Assembly (NCBI GenBank): GCA_016182045.1
Contig: JACOYE010000007.1
Span: forward strand, 34,121 to 98,120
DNA: 64,000 nucleotides
Reading direction: 5' to 3'
Source of the DNA: Candidatus Microgenomates bacterium
Lineage (GTDB): Bacteria > Patescibacteriota > Microgenomatia > Daviesbacterales > UBA10151
Below the pieces are notes generated by a model. The model was not told the origin of the DNA. It searched no databases and worked only from the letters and a program-made list of their open reading frames with translations. Shown piece by piece: positions 28,857-38,075 of the stretch. Numbering within the stretch: the first letter of the stretch is position 1; each line of letters begins with the position of its first letter. Position numbers and translations under genes: made by a program.

Positions 28857-31115
28857 CTAAATTTTAAGTGGTTTCATTTCTCCCCAATTGGGGCCTACTT
28901 TTAAATCCACCACCACAGGACCAGATAATTTTAAGGCTTTTTCCATTTTATCTTTAACCATTTTAGCCGCTTCTTTTACCATCCTTGGGTCGCATTCAAA
29001 TAGCAGCTCATCATGAACCTGGAGAATCATTTGGCAAGAATCTGTCATCCCGTACTTGATACGGGATCCATGTGATTTATTTGTATAGATTCCCGCTTTC
29101 GCGGGAATGACGTTGGAAATCTCCACCATGGCTTTTTTGATCATGTCAGCTGCGCTGCCTTGGACCGGATGATTTATGGCAGCTCTTTCTCCTGCAGACC
29201 GAATCATTCTATTATCAGCCTTAAGCTCCGGAATATAACGTCTTCTACCCCATAAAGTTTCCACATATCCTTTTTCATACCCGAAAGCAAGAGTCTCCTG
29301 CATCCATTCCCTAACCAGAGGAAATTGCTCAAAATACTCCATAATATATTGCTGGGCTATTCCGTATTCCACTCCCAGCTGACGAGACAGCGCATGCGGC
29401 CCTTGACCATAAAGGGTGGCAAAATTCATGGTTTTGCCCACCATCCTTTGCTGCTTTGTCACTTTATCTTGAGGCACCTTAAATATTTTTGAGGCAGTCA
29501 AAGCATGAATATCCAAACCTTCTTCAAAAGCCCGTTTTAAACCCGGATCTTTGGAAAGATGAGCCATGATCCTAAGTTCTATCTGAGAATAGTCTGCACC
29601 CAGTAAAACCTTCCCTTTGGGAGAGATAAAAGCCTTTCTGATTTCCCCACCTATTTCCCCTTTTATGGGGATATTTTGAAGATTGGGATTTTGGGAACTG
29701 ATCCTACCAGTGGCAGCGCCTTCCACATTAAAAGTGGAGTGGATTCGTCCATCAGATCCTACTGATTTAGGCAAAGCATCAATATATGTTGAAACCAGCT
29801 TGAATGATTGGCGGTACTCTAAAAGCAACGGTACAACTGGATGAGCTGCAGATAATTCATGAAGTGTTGCCTCATCTGTTGATCTACCTGTTTTGGTTTT
29901 TCTGACAACCGGTAATTTTAATTCATCAAATAACACTTCTGATAGTTGCTTTGGGCTGTTTAGATTAAACTGATGTCCTACTATTGAGTAAATCTCATTC
30001 TCAATCTTTATTAATTTAGCTTTTAGATCTTTCCCAAGTCTATTTAAAAACTTAAGATCTATTAATATTCCCACCTCTGACATTTTCTGAAGAACAGGGA
30101 TAACCTGAGCATCCAGATCTGATGTTGTTTTTGATTGTCGGAATGACTCAGAAGGACTCGGAGTACCAGACAAATCAGATTTCCGGTTTGTCTGACTATC
30201 AGATTTACTGACACGCTGGTTATCTGAGTTTTCCGAGTGTTCTGAAACACCAGGAATTCTTCCCATCAAGCTCTTAAACTCCAACTCCTCAAATAATCCC
30301 ACCACTTTATCCTTATCAAAATCTTGTACCTGACACTTTTTCAGATCCAGCTTAATGGGAGCTTTAGTATCCAAGGTGGCCAGTTTTTTGCTCATCACAG
30401 CAGATTCAGCTCCCTCAGACAAAAGGGTCTGCATTCTCTCTGGTAAAGTTTTCAAGTTTTGAGGCTGATAGATGTTTTCTATTTCACCAAACTGGTGAAT
30501 CAGCTTGGTGGCTGTCACGTCCCCTATCCCAGCTACCCCTGGAATATTATCCGAGGCATCACCTGCCAAGGCTTTATAATCCACCAAAAGTTTTGGCTCA
30601 AATCCGTAACGGAGAACAAATTCTTCCTTCCCATAAAGCCCCACATCGGCAAGGGTTTTTTTGGGCATAAAAACTTTTACTTTTCCATTAATTAGCTGCA
30701 TGATATCCCGATCTCCTGTCACCACGATTAATTCCATACCATGATCCAGTTTTTGAGCTTGCAAAGCCAGTGTGCCGATTAAATCATCCGCCTCATATCC
30801 AGCCAGAGAAAATTCCGGGATATTAAATGCCTCTACCGTCTGATGGACTCTTTTGTATTGGTTATCCAAAGCCTGATCCATTTCAGCTCTGGTGGCTTTA
30901 TACTGAGTATAAGTCTGATGCCTAAAGGTGGGTCCCCTTTCGTCCCAACAAACAGCCAGATAATCGGGCTTAAGTTCAGAAATAACCTTCAGAACCATCG
31001 AGGAAAAACCATAGACAGCATTCACTAACTCCCCTTTGGAGGTGGTAAAAGGAGGGGTGGCATGATAGGCACGGTGAAGCAAAGCATTCCCATCTACAAG
31101 TACCAGTCGCTTCAT
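28857..31115 (-). CDS. polA: DNA polymerase I lacking 3'-5' exonuclease domain, with in-frame palindromic-element insertion
   Basis: 752 aa; 5' nuclease N-domain, S-rich low-complexity linker, polymerase motifs incl. QVHDELLFE. Confidence 0.9.
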   Translation of the reverse strand: MKRLVLVDGNALLHRAYHATPPFTTSKGELVNAVYGFSSMVLKVISELKPDYLAVCWDERGPTFRHQTYTQYKATRAEMDQALDNQYKRVHQTVEAFNIPEFSLAGYEADDLIGTLALQAQKLDHGMELIVVTGDRDIMQLINGKVKVFMPKKTLADVGLYGKEEFVLRYGFEPKLLVDYKALAGDASDNIPGVAGIGDVTATKLIHQFGEIENIYQPQNLKTLPERMQTLLSEGAESAVMSKKLATLDTKAPIKLDLKKCQVQDFDKDKVVGLFEELEFKSLMGRIPGVSEHSENSDNQRVSKSDSQTNRKSDLSGTPSPSESFRQSKTTSDLDAQVIPVLQKMSEVGILIDLKFLNRLGKDLKAKLIKIENEIYSIVGHQFNLNSPKQLSEVLFDELKLPVVRKTKTGRSTDEATLHELSAAHPVVPLLLEYRQSFKLVSTYIDALPKSVGSDGRIHSTFNVEGAATGRISSQNPNLQNIPIKGEIGGEIRKAFISPKGKVLLGADYSQIELRIMAHLSKDPGLKRAFEEGLDIHALTASKIFKVPQDKVTKQQRMVGKTMNFATLYGQGPHALSRQLGVEYGIAQQYIMEYFEQFPLVREWMQETLAFGYEKGYVETLWGRRRYIPELKADNRMIRSAGERAAINHPVQGSAADMIKKAMVEISNVIPAKAGIYTNKSHGSRIKYGMTDSCQMILQVHDELLFECDPRMVKEAAKMVKDKMEKALKLSGPVVVDLKVGPNWGEMKPLKI
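29044..29110. repeat. palindromic element (GTCATCCCG...GCGGGAATGAC) in-frame inside polA
   Basis: gtcatcccgtacttgatacgggatcc...gattcccgctttcgcgggaatgac; encodes VIPAKAGIYTNKSHGSRIKYGMTD between conserved Pol motifs. Confidence 0.8.
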
Positions 31116-31131
31116 GCCTCAAATTGTAGCA

Positions 31132-31581
31132 TTATTTAGTTTCTATTTCTCTTAGGAATTGGTCCGGAGTGACAATGGGTATGTCTTTGAATGCCTTAAG
31201 AGGCAAAAGGTGCTTTCTATCTCCTGTGATAACATAATCCACTTTACCTGCTAATCCAGCTTCTAGAATTTTATTATCTGGTAAATATTTAATTAACCTA
31301 ACCTTAAGCTTAGGAACAACAATTTTACTAATAGAAGTGACACTTCTTAATAGTTTTTTTGCCACATATTCCGGCTGTTTAAATTTGGTAGTCAAAACAC
31401 AATATATTTCTTCCGAAATAGCAGGCGTTAAAATAATTCGTATATCTCCTCTGGAGGCTGTAAAAAGAATTTGTTCTGGTTTACCATCAAAAAGTAAAGC
31501 TGAAACGACTACATTACTGTCTAATACAACTTTAGTCACCGTGGATATACTCGTATAAATCGTCTTCTGTCTTAAAGCCAA
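31132..31581 (-). CDS. PIN-family toxin
   Basis: VVLDSNVVVSALLF PIN N-terminus. Confidence 0.7.
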   Translation of the reverse strand: MALRQKTIYTSISTVTKVVLDSNVVVSALLFDGKPEQILFTASRGDIRIILTPAISEEIYCVLTTKFKQPEYVAKKLLRSVTSISKIVVPKLKVRLIKYLPDNKILEAGLAGKVDYVITGDRKHLLPLKAFKDIPIVTPDQFLREIETK

Positions 31582-31774
31582 ACTTCTTTCTGATCTTTTC
31601 TCCTTCTTTTCTAAGTTCAGCCCAATCCCTTCTGAATTTCCATTGACGATACCAACCTAAAGCTTCCCTCACCAGCTCGGTTTTACTTTTTCTCTCCAGT
31701 TTGGCCCACTGATTGAGTTGAGCTAGGACGTCTTGAGGTAAAGATATGGAAACAACAGCTGTATTTCTGGCCAT
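31532..31774 (-). CDS. ribbon-helix-helix (CopG-like) antitoxin
   Basis: VVSISLPQDVLAQLNQWAKLERKSKTELVREAL. Confidence 0.65.
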   Translation of the reverse strand: MARNTAVVSISLPQDVLAQLNQWAKLERKSKTELVREALGWYRQWKFRRDWAELRKEGEKIRKKFGFKTEDDLYEYIHGD

Positions 31775-31862
31775 AGTATTACCAGTATTACACTAATAAT
31801 CTATTTCGTCAAGTGGCATGATAATAAGGCGTTACCATCAACTAAAACTAGACGTTTCATGC

Positions 31863-32288
31863 TTACATTGTAACATGAAATAAATCAGATAAAAGTTTCA
31901 CAAATGGCAAATTGATTCTTTCCACCAATCTGGCATCTGCGGTAATTAAACTACACTGTTTCTCTTGTGCCAAAACTACATATGAGGCATCGTAAACTGA
32001 AATATGATAATTGCTTGCAAACTCAATCGCCTTTTCTGCTCTGGTAAAAGTAACATTCTCTAATTGGATGGCAGCTTTCTCTAGTTTCTTTAGATTTGCC
32101 TTGATATTTTTTAAAGTAATTTTAGTCTTTGTTACCCAGGCATTGGTCAACTCATAAATTAATAACTGGGGAGCTGAAATTAAAGACTTGTTCAGTCTAT
32201 GATCTTGAAGTATTTGCAAGGCCTCCTCAAAATTTGATTCATCTTCTGCAAACCATTTAAAAACTACAGAGGCGTCAATGACTACCAT
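31863..32288 (-). CDS. vapC: PIN-domain toxin VapC
   Basis: MVVIDASVVFKWF N-terminus. Confidence 0.8.
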   Translation of the reverse strand: MVVIDASVVFKWFAEDESNFEEALQILQDHRLNKSLISAPQLLIYELTNAWVTKTKITLKNIKANLKKLEKAAIQLENVTFTRAEKAIEFASNYHISVYDASYVVLAQEKQCSLITADARLVERINLPFVKLLSDLFHVTM

Positions 32289-32551
32289 TTGGCATTATCC
32301 CTCATATTTCTAATGATCTTCACTCCGTCAACGCCTTTTAAATATTTGGCATTTTCTCTGGCTAACTTTCTTATATCCTGCATGAATTTTTCTACATCGG
32401 CTTTAGAATGACCATTTTTTTTGGTACCAACTTTTTCCCTGATTACAGCAGACAGGCTTTTACGTCTTTTAGCAGCCTCTTCTTTAAGACGAAAGTAGTC
32501 TTCTTCAGATAATCTGATGTTGGTGGTAATGTAATTACTCATATAATACAA
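32282..32551 (-). CDS. ribbon-helix-helix antitoxin
   Basis: NIRLSEEDYFRLKEEAAKRRKSLSAVIRE. Confidence 0.6.
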   Translation of the reverse strand: MYYMSNYITTNIRLSEEDYFRLKEEAAKRRKSLSAVIREKVGTKKNGHSKADVEKFMQDIRKLARENAKYLKGVDGVKIIRNMRDNAKW

Positions 32552-32639
32552 TTATACCATTGTATTAATATCTGTCAAATTAGTATGAGTCACTATTTTC
32601 TGATTTGTAATTTGTAAGCTAATATCCTATAATAATATT

Positions 32640-33362
32640 ATGGAAAGAAAGGATGTGCCAATCCATCTAGTATTTCGGCGTAATACTACAGAAGGCTTGG
32701 CAAATTTAAACCTAATAGAAAGAATTGCTAGAGAAAGTCTGGAGTCAAATTCTACTGGCTCTGTAGGAATATTTATAGAGACTGCAAATATTACCACTAT
32801 AGAAGCTGATTTCTTTCAAAGCCAAATTCAAAAAGGTATCCCTCCGTCTGATTCACTTATATCAACAGTTGTCAGAAGGTACCCTAAATTACTTCATTGG
32901 ATGCTCTTTGGGATGTACAAATTGGACTACTTATTATATCCAGTTATATCCAGATTATATCCAGATAATTTCAGGTGGAAAGAACTCAAATTACTTGATA
33001 CTCTCTCTCAAGACTACCCAAAACGGGTTCATACAATATTGGAACATGGCACAAAAGAGGAAGTTAGAATGAATTGGTTCGCAGGATTGCTCCAAAAAGA
33101 TATACTTTTTCATCCAGATCGCTTTGACCCAGATAACCCGAATCTTTATCCAGCTGCTTCTAGTTTGGTGGACGATATTAGGAGAAAAAGACAAGATAGA
33201 ATAGCTGAAGTGATTCAAAAAACAATCTTTGAGACAAATATTGTCTGCTTGGTGGGTCATCTGTTTATAACAAACCAGAGAGTCGGTATTTCTCTTGAAA
33301 GCACAGGTTTCTCAGTAAACAGATATTTTCCTGAGCAATCAGACAGTCAATATTCAACCTGA
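32640..33362 (+). CDS. hypothetical protein
   Basis: 240 aa, no motif. Confidence 0.4.
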   Translation: MERKDVPIHLVFRRNTTEGLANLNLIERIARESLESNSTGSVGIFIETANITTIEADFFQSQIQKGIPPSDSLISTVVRRYPKLLHWMLFGMYKLDYLLYPVISRLYPDNFRWKELKLLDTLSQDYPKRVHTILEHGTKEEVRMNWFAGLLQKDILFHPDRFDPDNPNLYPAASSLVDDIRRKRQDRIAEVIQKTIFETNIVCLVGHLFITNQRVGISLESTGFSVNRYFPEQSDSQYST

Positions 33363-33410
33363 GATAAAGATTTGTAATACATATCTAGTATTATCTGATA
33401 CACTATCTCC

Positions 33411-34238
33411 ATGAGTGGGAAATACTTTACCAGTTTTGACGGGGCTAAAATCTATTATCATAAAACTGAGAAAGATAAAGATCGATGGTTAATATTTTTG
33501 CATGGCTTTGGAGGGGATTTGACAGCTTGGCAAAAGGAAAGAGCATATTTTACAAAACTTGGGATTTCCACTATTGCCATGGACCTAAGAGGACATGGCT
33601 TGTCAGAGCGAAGTAATAAAAAAGAATTCTATAACTTGGAAAATTTTGCCAGGGATGTAAAAGCTTTAATTGAGAAAGAGAGCATCAAAAATGCAGTGAT
33701 GATTGGTCATTGTTTTGGTGGGATGGTTACCATCTATTTCCAAGCACAATATCCTAATTATACTCACGGTCTGGTTTTGGTTGATACCAGTTTCAAGCCG
33801 CCATTTATTGGTGATAATAGAGTGGCCCAAGTCCTAGTGGATCATATCATTAGCCTGATGTTAAAAGTTGTGCCGAATATAAAAGTTGAAGGACATATAG
33901 ATTTTAATAAATTTATAGGCACATCTGATTTAGATTTTAAAAGAATATTATCTGATATTTTGCATACCTCTTTACAAAGCTATCTAGTGCTTAGTAAAAA
34001 TTTAGTTAATCTTGATGCAAAAGAGCTTCTTGATAAAATCTCTGTACCTACACTGGTGGTGGAGGGTAAAAATGATACTATTTTTCCACCTGAGGTAGCC
34101 AAATACCTACATTCCAGAATTAAAAATTCTGAGCTGGATTTAATTGAAGGAGCAAATCATATTCTGGTTTTAAATAATCCTAAAGATTTAGAAAAATCAA
34201 TATCAAATTTCTTGACAAAAATTAATTTTATCCCTTAA
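33411..34238 (+). CDS. alpha/beta hydrolase with Cys in nucleophile elbow (GHCFGG)
   Basis: LIFLHGFGG oxyanion region; GHCFGG in place of GxSxG. Confidence 0.65.
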   Translation: MSGKYFTSFDGAKIYYHKTEKDKDRWLIFLHGFGGDLTAWQKERAYFTKLGISTIAMDLRGHGLSERSNKKEFYNLENFARDVKALIEKESIKNAVMIGHCFGGMVTIYFQAQYPNYTHGLVLVDTSFKPPFIGDNRVAQVLVDHIISLMLKVVPNIKVEGHIDFNKFIGTSDLDFKRILSDILHTSLQSYLVLSKNLVNLDAKELLDKISVPTLVVEGKNDTIFPPEVAKYLHSRIKNSELDLIEGANHILVLNNPKDLEKSISNFLTKINFIP

Positions 34239-35379
34239 AAAATCTTGAAGCTACACGGGCAGTTGTTCCTGCCCTATCAGTCACAAGCCCTACATGACCT
34301 GCATGCTTTGAGGAAAGTAAGGTTCGGACTAGTATTGATTTCGGAGTTAATTGTTTTGCAAGATAACCTTGTCTAGCCTTATATCTGGCTATTTTTTCTT
34401 GGGTGATTTTATATTTTCTTAGATAATCCTCAATGAAAGCTTGTTTGCTTTCATAAAATATATCCCTTACCTCTTCTGGCATTTTTTCCCATTTGTGGGA
34501 ACTTACAATATATTCTATTATCTCATCATCACTTTGTTGTCTGGGCATATACTTTGCCAAATCAGATTCAGGAAAAATTTTGTTGGGATTTGATACCACA
34601 TCTTTTTCTGAGGTGATAAATAAAATAGGAACTTCTATTTTGGCAAAAGCAGGATTTACATCTGACATCCCCCAAAAAGGATCTGCCATCCTATCAAATT
34701 CTCCCTTAACAATATAGTAGCCGAGTTCTTTAGTAAGAGAAGTTAAAAATTGCAGTTGAATATACTCAACTTGGGGTCCTTTTGGATCTTTCTCTTTGGG
34801 AGTAACTTGGAAAGTATCTCTAATAAAGTTTCTGGCCACATCTCCCGCATCTTCTTTATAAACCCCTTTAGGATTTATCAATACTATGCCATTAACTTTT
34901 ATTTCTGGATTATTTGCTTTCAAGCTAACTGCTAAATTTGCTGCTCTGATGGCACCTTCTGAATCACCGGCAATAGTCACTTCCTTTATCCCCTGACTGA
35001 TTAAAAACTGCCTTATTGCATCTGCCTGCTTTTCATATAAGCTATTTGGATCTTCGCCTATTGCTCTGGCTGTGACATCAAAAGTTATCCAGCCAAATTT
35101 ATTGGCCAGTTGTCTTGGAAATAGCCTTGTCGCTTCATATGGTTCCCAGGGATAACCAGGTAGATAAAAAACTGCCTTATCAGCATTATTCCCCCCGGCC
35201 TCAGGTATTAATTTTACATAAGAAACTTCTACGTCTCCTGTTGTAAAAGTCTCAATTTGCTTGCCTCCAAAATTCTCCTTGGCTCTTTCTGCCCCAGCAT
35301 AAGTAATTACTCCTGCCACAATTCCTACTCCCATAGCCTTTAAAAATTTTCTTCTAGTGAATCTCGGTGCTTCAACCAT
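34228..35379 (-). CDS. predicted Tat-secreted alpha/beta hydrolase-like protein
   Basis: twin-arginine N-terminus TRRKFLKAMGVGIVAG...A; GDSEG elbow. Confidence 0.5.
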   Translation of the reverse strand: MVEAPRFTRRKFLKAMGVGIVAGVITYAGAERAKENFGGKQIETFTTGDVEVSYVKLIPEAGGNNADKAVFYLPGYPWEPYEATRLFPRQLANKFGWITFDVTARAIGEDPNSLYEKQADAIRQFLISQGIKEVTIAGDSEGAIRAANLAVSLKANNPEIKVNGIVLINPKGVYKEDAGDVARNFIRDTFQVTPKEKDPKGPQVEYIQLQFLTSLTKELGYYIVKGEFDRMADPFWGMSDVNPAFAKIEVPILFITSEKDVVSNPNKIFPESDLAKYMPRQQSDDEIIEYIVSSHKWEKMPEEVRDIFYESKQAFIEDYLRKYKITQEKIARYKARQGYLAKQLTPKSILVRTLLSSKHAGHVGLVTDRAGTTARVASRFFKG

Positions 35380-35428
35380 ATCCTCTATTGTGTAACAATA
35401 TCCTATATTATATCATATACGGCCGGAT

Positions 35429-36154
35429 TTATCTTGGATTATCCAAGTGGACATTTTTCTTTTTTAGAATAAAGGCTTCCGAAAAACTTCTAAAATAATC
35501 ATATAATCCTACCACCAATCCATCCTTGAACCTTCTTCCGGAAAAGATCACCGGTTTATTTATAAACCTAATCTTACCCAATCTGGCCACTCTAAATGAT
35601 AAATCCGTATCCTCTTGAGCCTGCATACTAGGATCAAAACCTCCTGATTTTTCATAAACAGACTTTAAGATGCCAAAACTAAAACCTGATAGCCAATAGT
35701 AGCCAAAAATCAATCTATAAAAAACCATCAACTTGGGCTGGATAAAATTGAAGACAGCATTAGTCAAAGCTGAGCAGTCAACTATCTTGCAGGAGGTTGT
35801 TACTGCCACCACCTGCCCACCTATTCCATTGACCAATATTTCTACCCAGTCCGGATAAAAAATTGTATCGCTATCTGCGGAAAGGATAATCTCCCCCCTG
35901 GCTTCCTTAAATCCTCTGGCTCTGGCTGCTCCCCTGCCCTGTTTTTTCTCATGTATTATTCTAAGATTGATTCCATCTTTAAACTTGAGGGCACGCTCTT
36001 GAGTCTTATCAGTGGAGTTGTTATCAACCAAAATCACCTCATAATTAATCTTTGTTCTCTGTTCAGACTTCAAAAGAGAAAAAAGACAATTCTCTATATA
36101 TTTTTCCTCATTAAAAGCAGGTATGACTACTGAGACTGTCGGGTCCTTACTCAT
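35429..36154 (-). CDS. glycosyltransferase family 2
   Basis: VSVVIPAFNEEKYIENCL, DxD-type motif. Confidence 0.8.
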   Translation of the reverse strand: MSKDPTVSVVIPAFNEEKYIENCLFSLLKSEQRTKINYEVILVDNNSTDKTQERALKFKDGINLRIIHEKKQGRGAARARGFKEARGEIILSADSDTIFYPDWVEILVNGIGGQVVAVTTSCKIVDCSALTNAVFNFIQPKLMVFYRLIFGYYWLSGFSFGILKSVYEKSGGFDPSMQAQEDTDLSFRVARLGKIRFINKPVIFSGRRFKDGLVVGLYDYFRSFSEAFILKKKNVHLDNPR

Positions 36155-36630
36155 TTACTTTTACTTGACTTAAGGTATGCAAAAACCAATATTACATATA
36201 TAAAAGCCAGCAGTGCTTCAAATAAAAGATACTGGTTATAGAAGGGAATCCAAACAGATAGGGAAGACAAAGACCAAAAACTCAGGGTAAAGTTTTGGCT
36301 GGAGGTTAAATATATCAGCAGGAATCCGTGCATTAAAGCCCAAATGCTGGAGGCAAAAAGTAAATTTGTATATTTTTTTAGATCTTTTTGAGCTGTAAAT
36401 ATCAGTACGGCCGCCAGAAAAACAAATGAGGCATATATGGTATCCAAAAGAGTGGCATAGGATAAAGCCGAGTTAGGCCAAATACCTGCCACCGACAATA
36501 ATCTGATATTAAATAAGTGGATTGCTCCGTCAAAAATTAAATAGCATCCCAAAATATTTAAAAAATACCGTAATATTTTTTCAATATTCTGACCCATCAG
36601 TATCATTTTAACAGACTTTTGACAAAGCAA
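36151..36630 (-). CDS. hypothetical membrane protein
   Basis: 159 aa, 4 TM. Confidence 0.4.
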   Translation of the reverse strand: MLCQKSVKMILMGQNIEKILRYFLNILGCYLIFDGAIHLFNIRLLSVAGIWPNSALSYATLLDTIYASFVFLAAVLIFTAQKDLKKYTNLLFASSIWALMHGFLLIYLTSSQNFTLSFWSLSSLSVWIPFYNQYLLFEALLAFIYVILVFAYLKSSKSK

Positions 36631-37401
36631 GGGCAGATCTTATATATTCTATGCATGTACGCCAAAAAGCTTACAATTGCTTCACTCATCATCACTTATA
36701 ATCGTACCAGTGAAGCCAAGGCCCAGATGGATATAATTCGGGAGCTTTGGCAACCTCTGTTTGATACTTTAGATATCTACCATGAATTTAATGGGGAAGC
36801 AGATTGGTATCCCAAAAAATATAGAGAAGATTTCTTACACAGACACAAATTTATGCCTCATTTCTTAGGAGCAGGCCATATGTTTAATATGGGAATGAAA
36901 CATATTTTTCAATCAGGCAAAAAATATGACTATATTATTGCTTCATCTTCCGATGCCTGGTTTTATGATCCGAAAAAATTAAAAAAAATAATTTTGACAA
37001 TTGCTAAAAAGAAATATCATCTAGCAACATCTCTTTTGGGAGTGATGGCTTTGGGAACTGAATTTTTTATCATCTCTTCTGATTTGGCAAAAAAGGTTTT
37101 CCCTATCAAATTTAACCATATAGTTGGTAAACATAAACTCTTAAGATGGACTCATACCAAAATCGCTATTTTTGAGAGTATATTCACATTCAAAATCATG
37201 AAGGTGTTAAAAAATCCCAACAGGATCTATTTAATACCGGGTAGAAGGACTGTTTGGCCTACCAATAGATTCCATTCACCAAATTTTTATGCCTCGCATC
37301 ATGACAGCAGACAGCGCAAAAAAGATCTTTTGCCAAAAATGCGTCTTAGTTTGGGACCAAGAATTGCAAATATGCCCAGCCTGAATAAGTTTCTATCTTA
37401 A
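36619..37401 (+). CDS. hypothetical protein
   Basis: 260 aa. Confidence 0.4.
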   Translation: MTKQGQILYILCMYAKKLTIASLIITYNRTSEAKAQMDIIRELWQPLFDTLDIYHEFNGEADWYPKKYREDFLHRHKFMPHFLGAGHMFNMGMKHIFQSGKKYDYIIASSSDAWFYDPKKLKKIILTIAKKKYHLATSLLGVMALGTEFFIISSDLAKKVFPIKFNHIVGKHKLLRWTHTKIAIFESIFTFKIMKVLKNPNRIYLIPGRRTVWPTNRFHSPNFYASHHDSRQRKKDLLPKMRLSLGPRIANMPSLNKFLS

Positions 37402-38064
37402 GGTGGCAGCACAATTTTGAGCCCGTTCCTTTAAAACCACCTTCTCCACATCATTTAAAGCTGACTCAGATGCCTGCCTGGTTAATAAATTACAAGTTAA
37501 AATTTGATTCAGATAAATTTTTTCAGCAACATAATATGAGGAAGGTTTGATGGTTTCTTTTATACCTTTGTTAATCTTGACAAAAAGTATCACATTCTCC
37601 GAAGAGACTCTGTTGATGGTCAATCTGATGGCCATTTTGGCTCTTTTGTCATCTGTTTGATCATAAATACTCTCCAGGGTTCTGATATGCTGGGTTATGC
37701 TATCGGTGATTTGTCTCATTGTTGATGGGTCGTTTATATTGACCAAACTATTCAACTTATTTAAATGCGCCCAATATTTTTCCAATGTTTGAGGTATTAA
37801 ATCTCCCCTTTTGTTTTTAAAAAGAGCATTAACTTCTCTGATCCGTCTGGTTGAGAACTCTAAATATCTTAATACCTTAATATTGTTGTTGGGGGAAGAT
37901 TTTAATTCCAAAATCTCCCTGATGGTTTTTAGAAAATAAAAAGGGTGAGCGGGATGAATTTGAGAATAACCAATATCATCTGATTGTGCTAAAGCCAACC
38001 CACAAGAACTAAGGAGAATTCCCATCAGTAAAAAAGCTGTCACCAAAATAACACAAATGCGCAT
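37393..38064 (-). CDS. hypothetical secreted protein
   Basis: N-terminal signal peptide. Confidence 0.4.
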   Translation of the reverse strand: MRICVILVTAFLLMGILLSSCGLALAQSDDIGYSQIHPAHPFYFLKTIREILELKSSPNNNIKVLRYLEFSTRRIREVNALFKNKRGDLIPQTLEKYWAHLNKLNSLVNINDPSTMRQITDSITQHIRTLESIYDQTDDKRAKMAIRLTINRVSSENVILFVKINKGIKETIKPSSYYVAEKIYLNQILTCNLLTRQASESALNDVEKVVLKERAQNCAATLR

Positions 38065-38075
38065 GTAAGTAAAAG

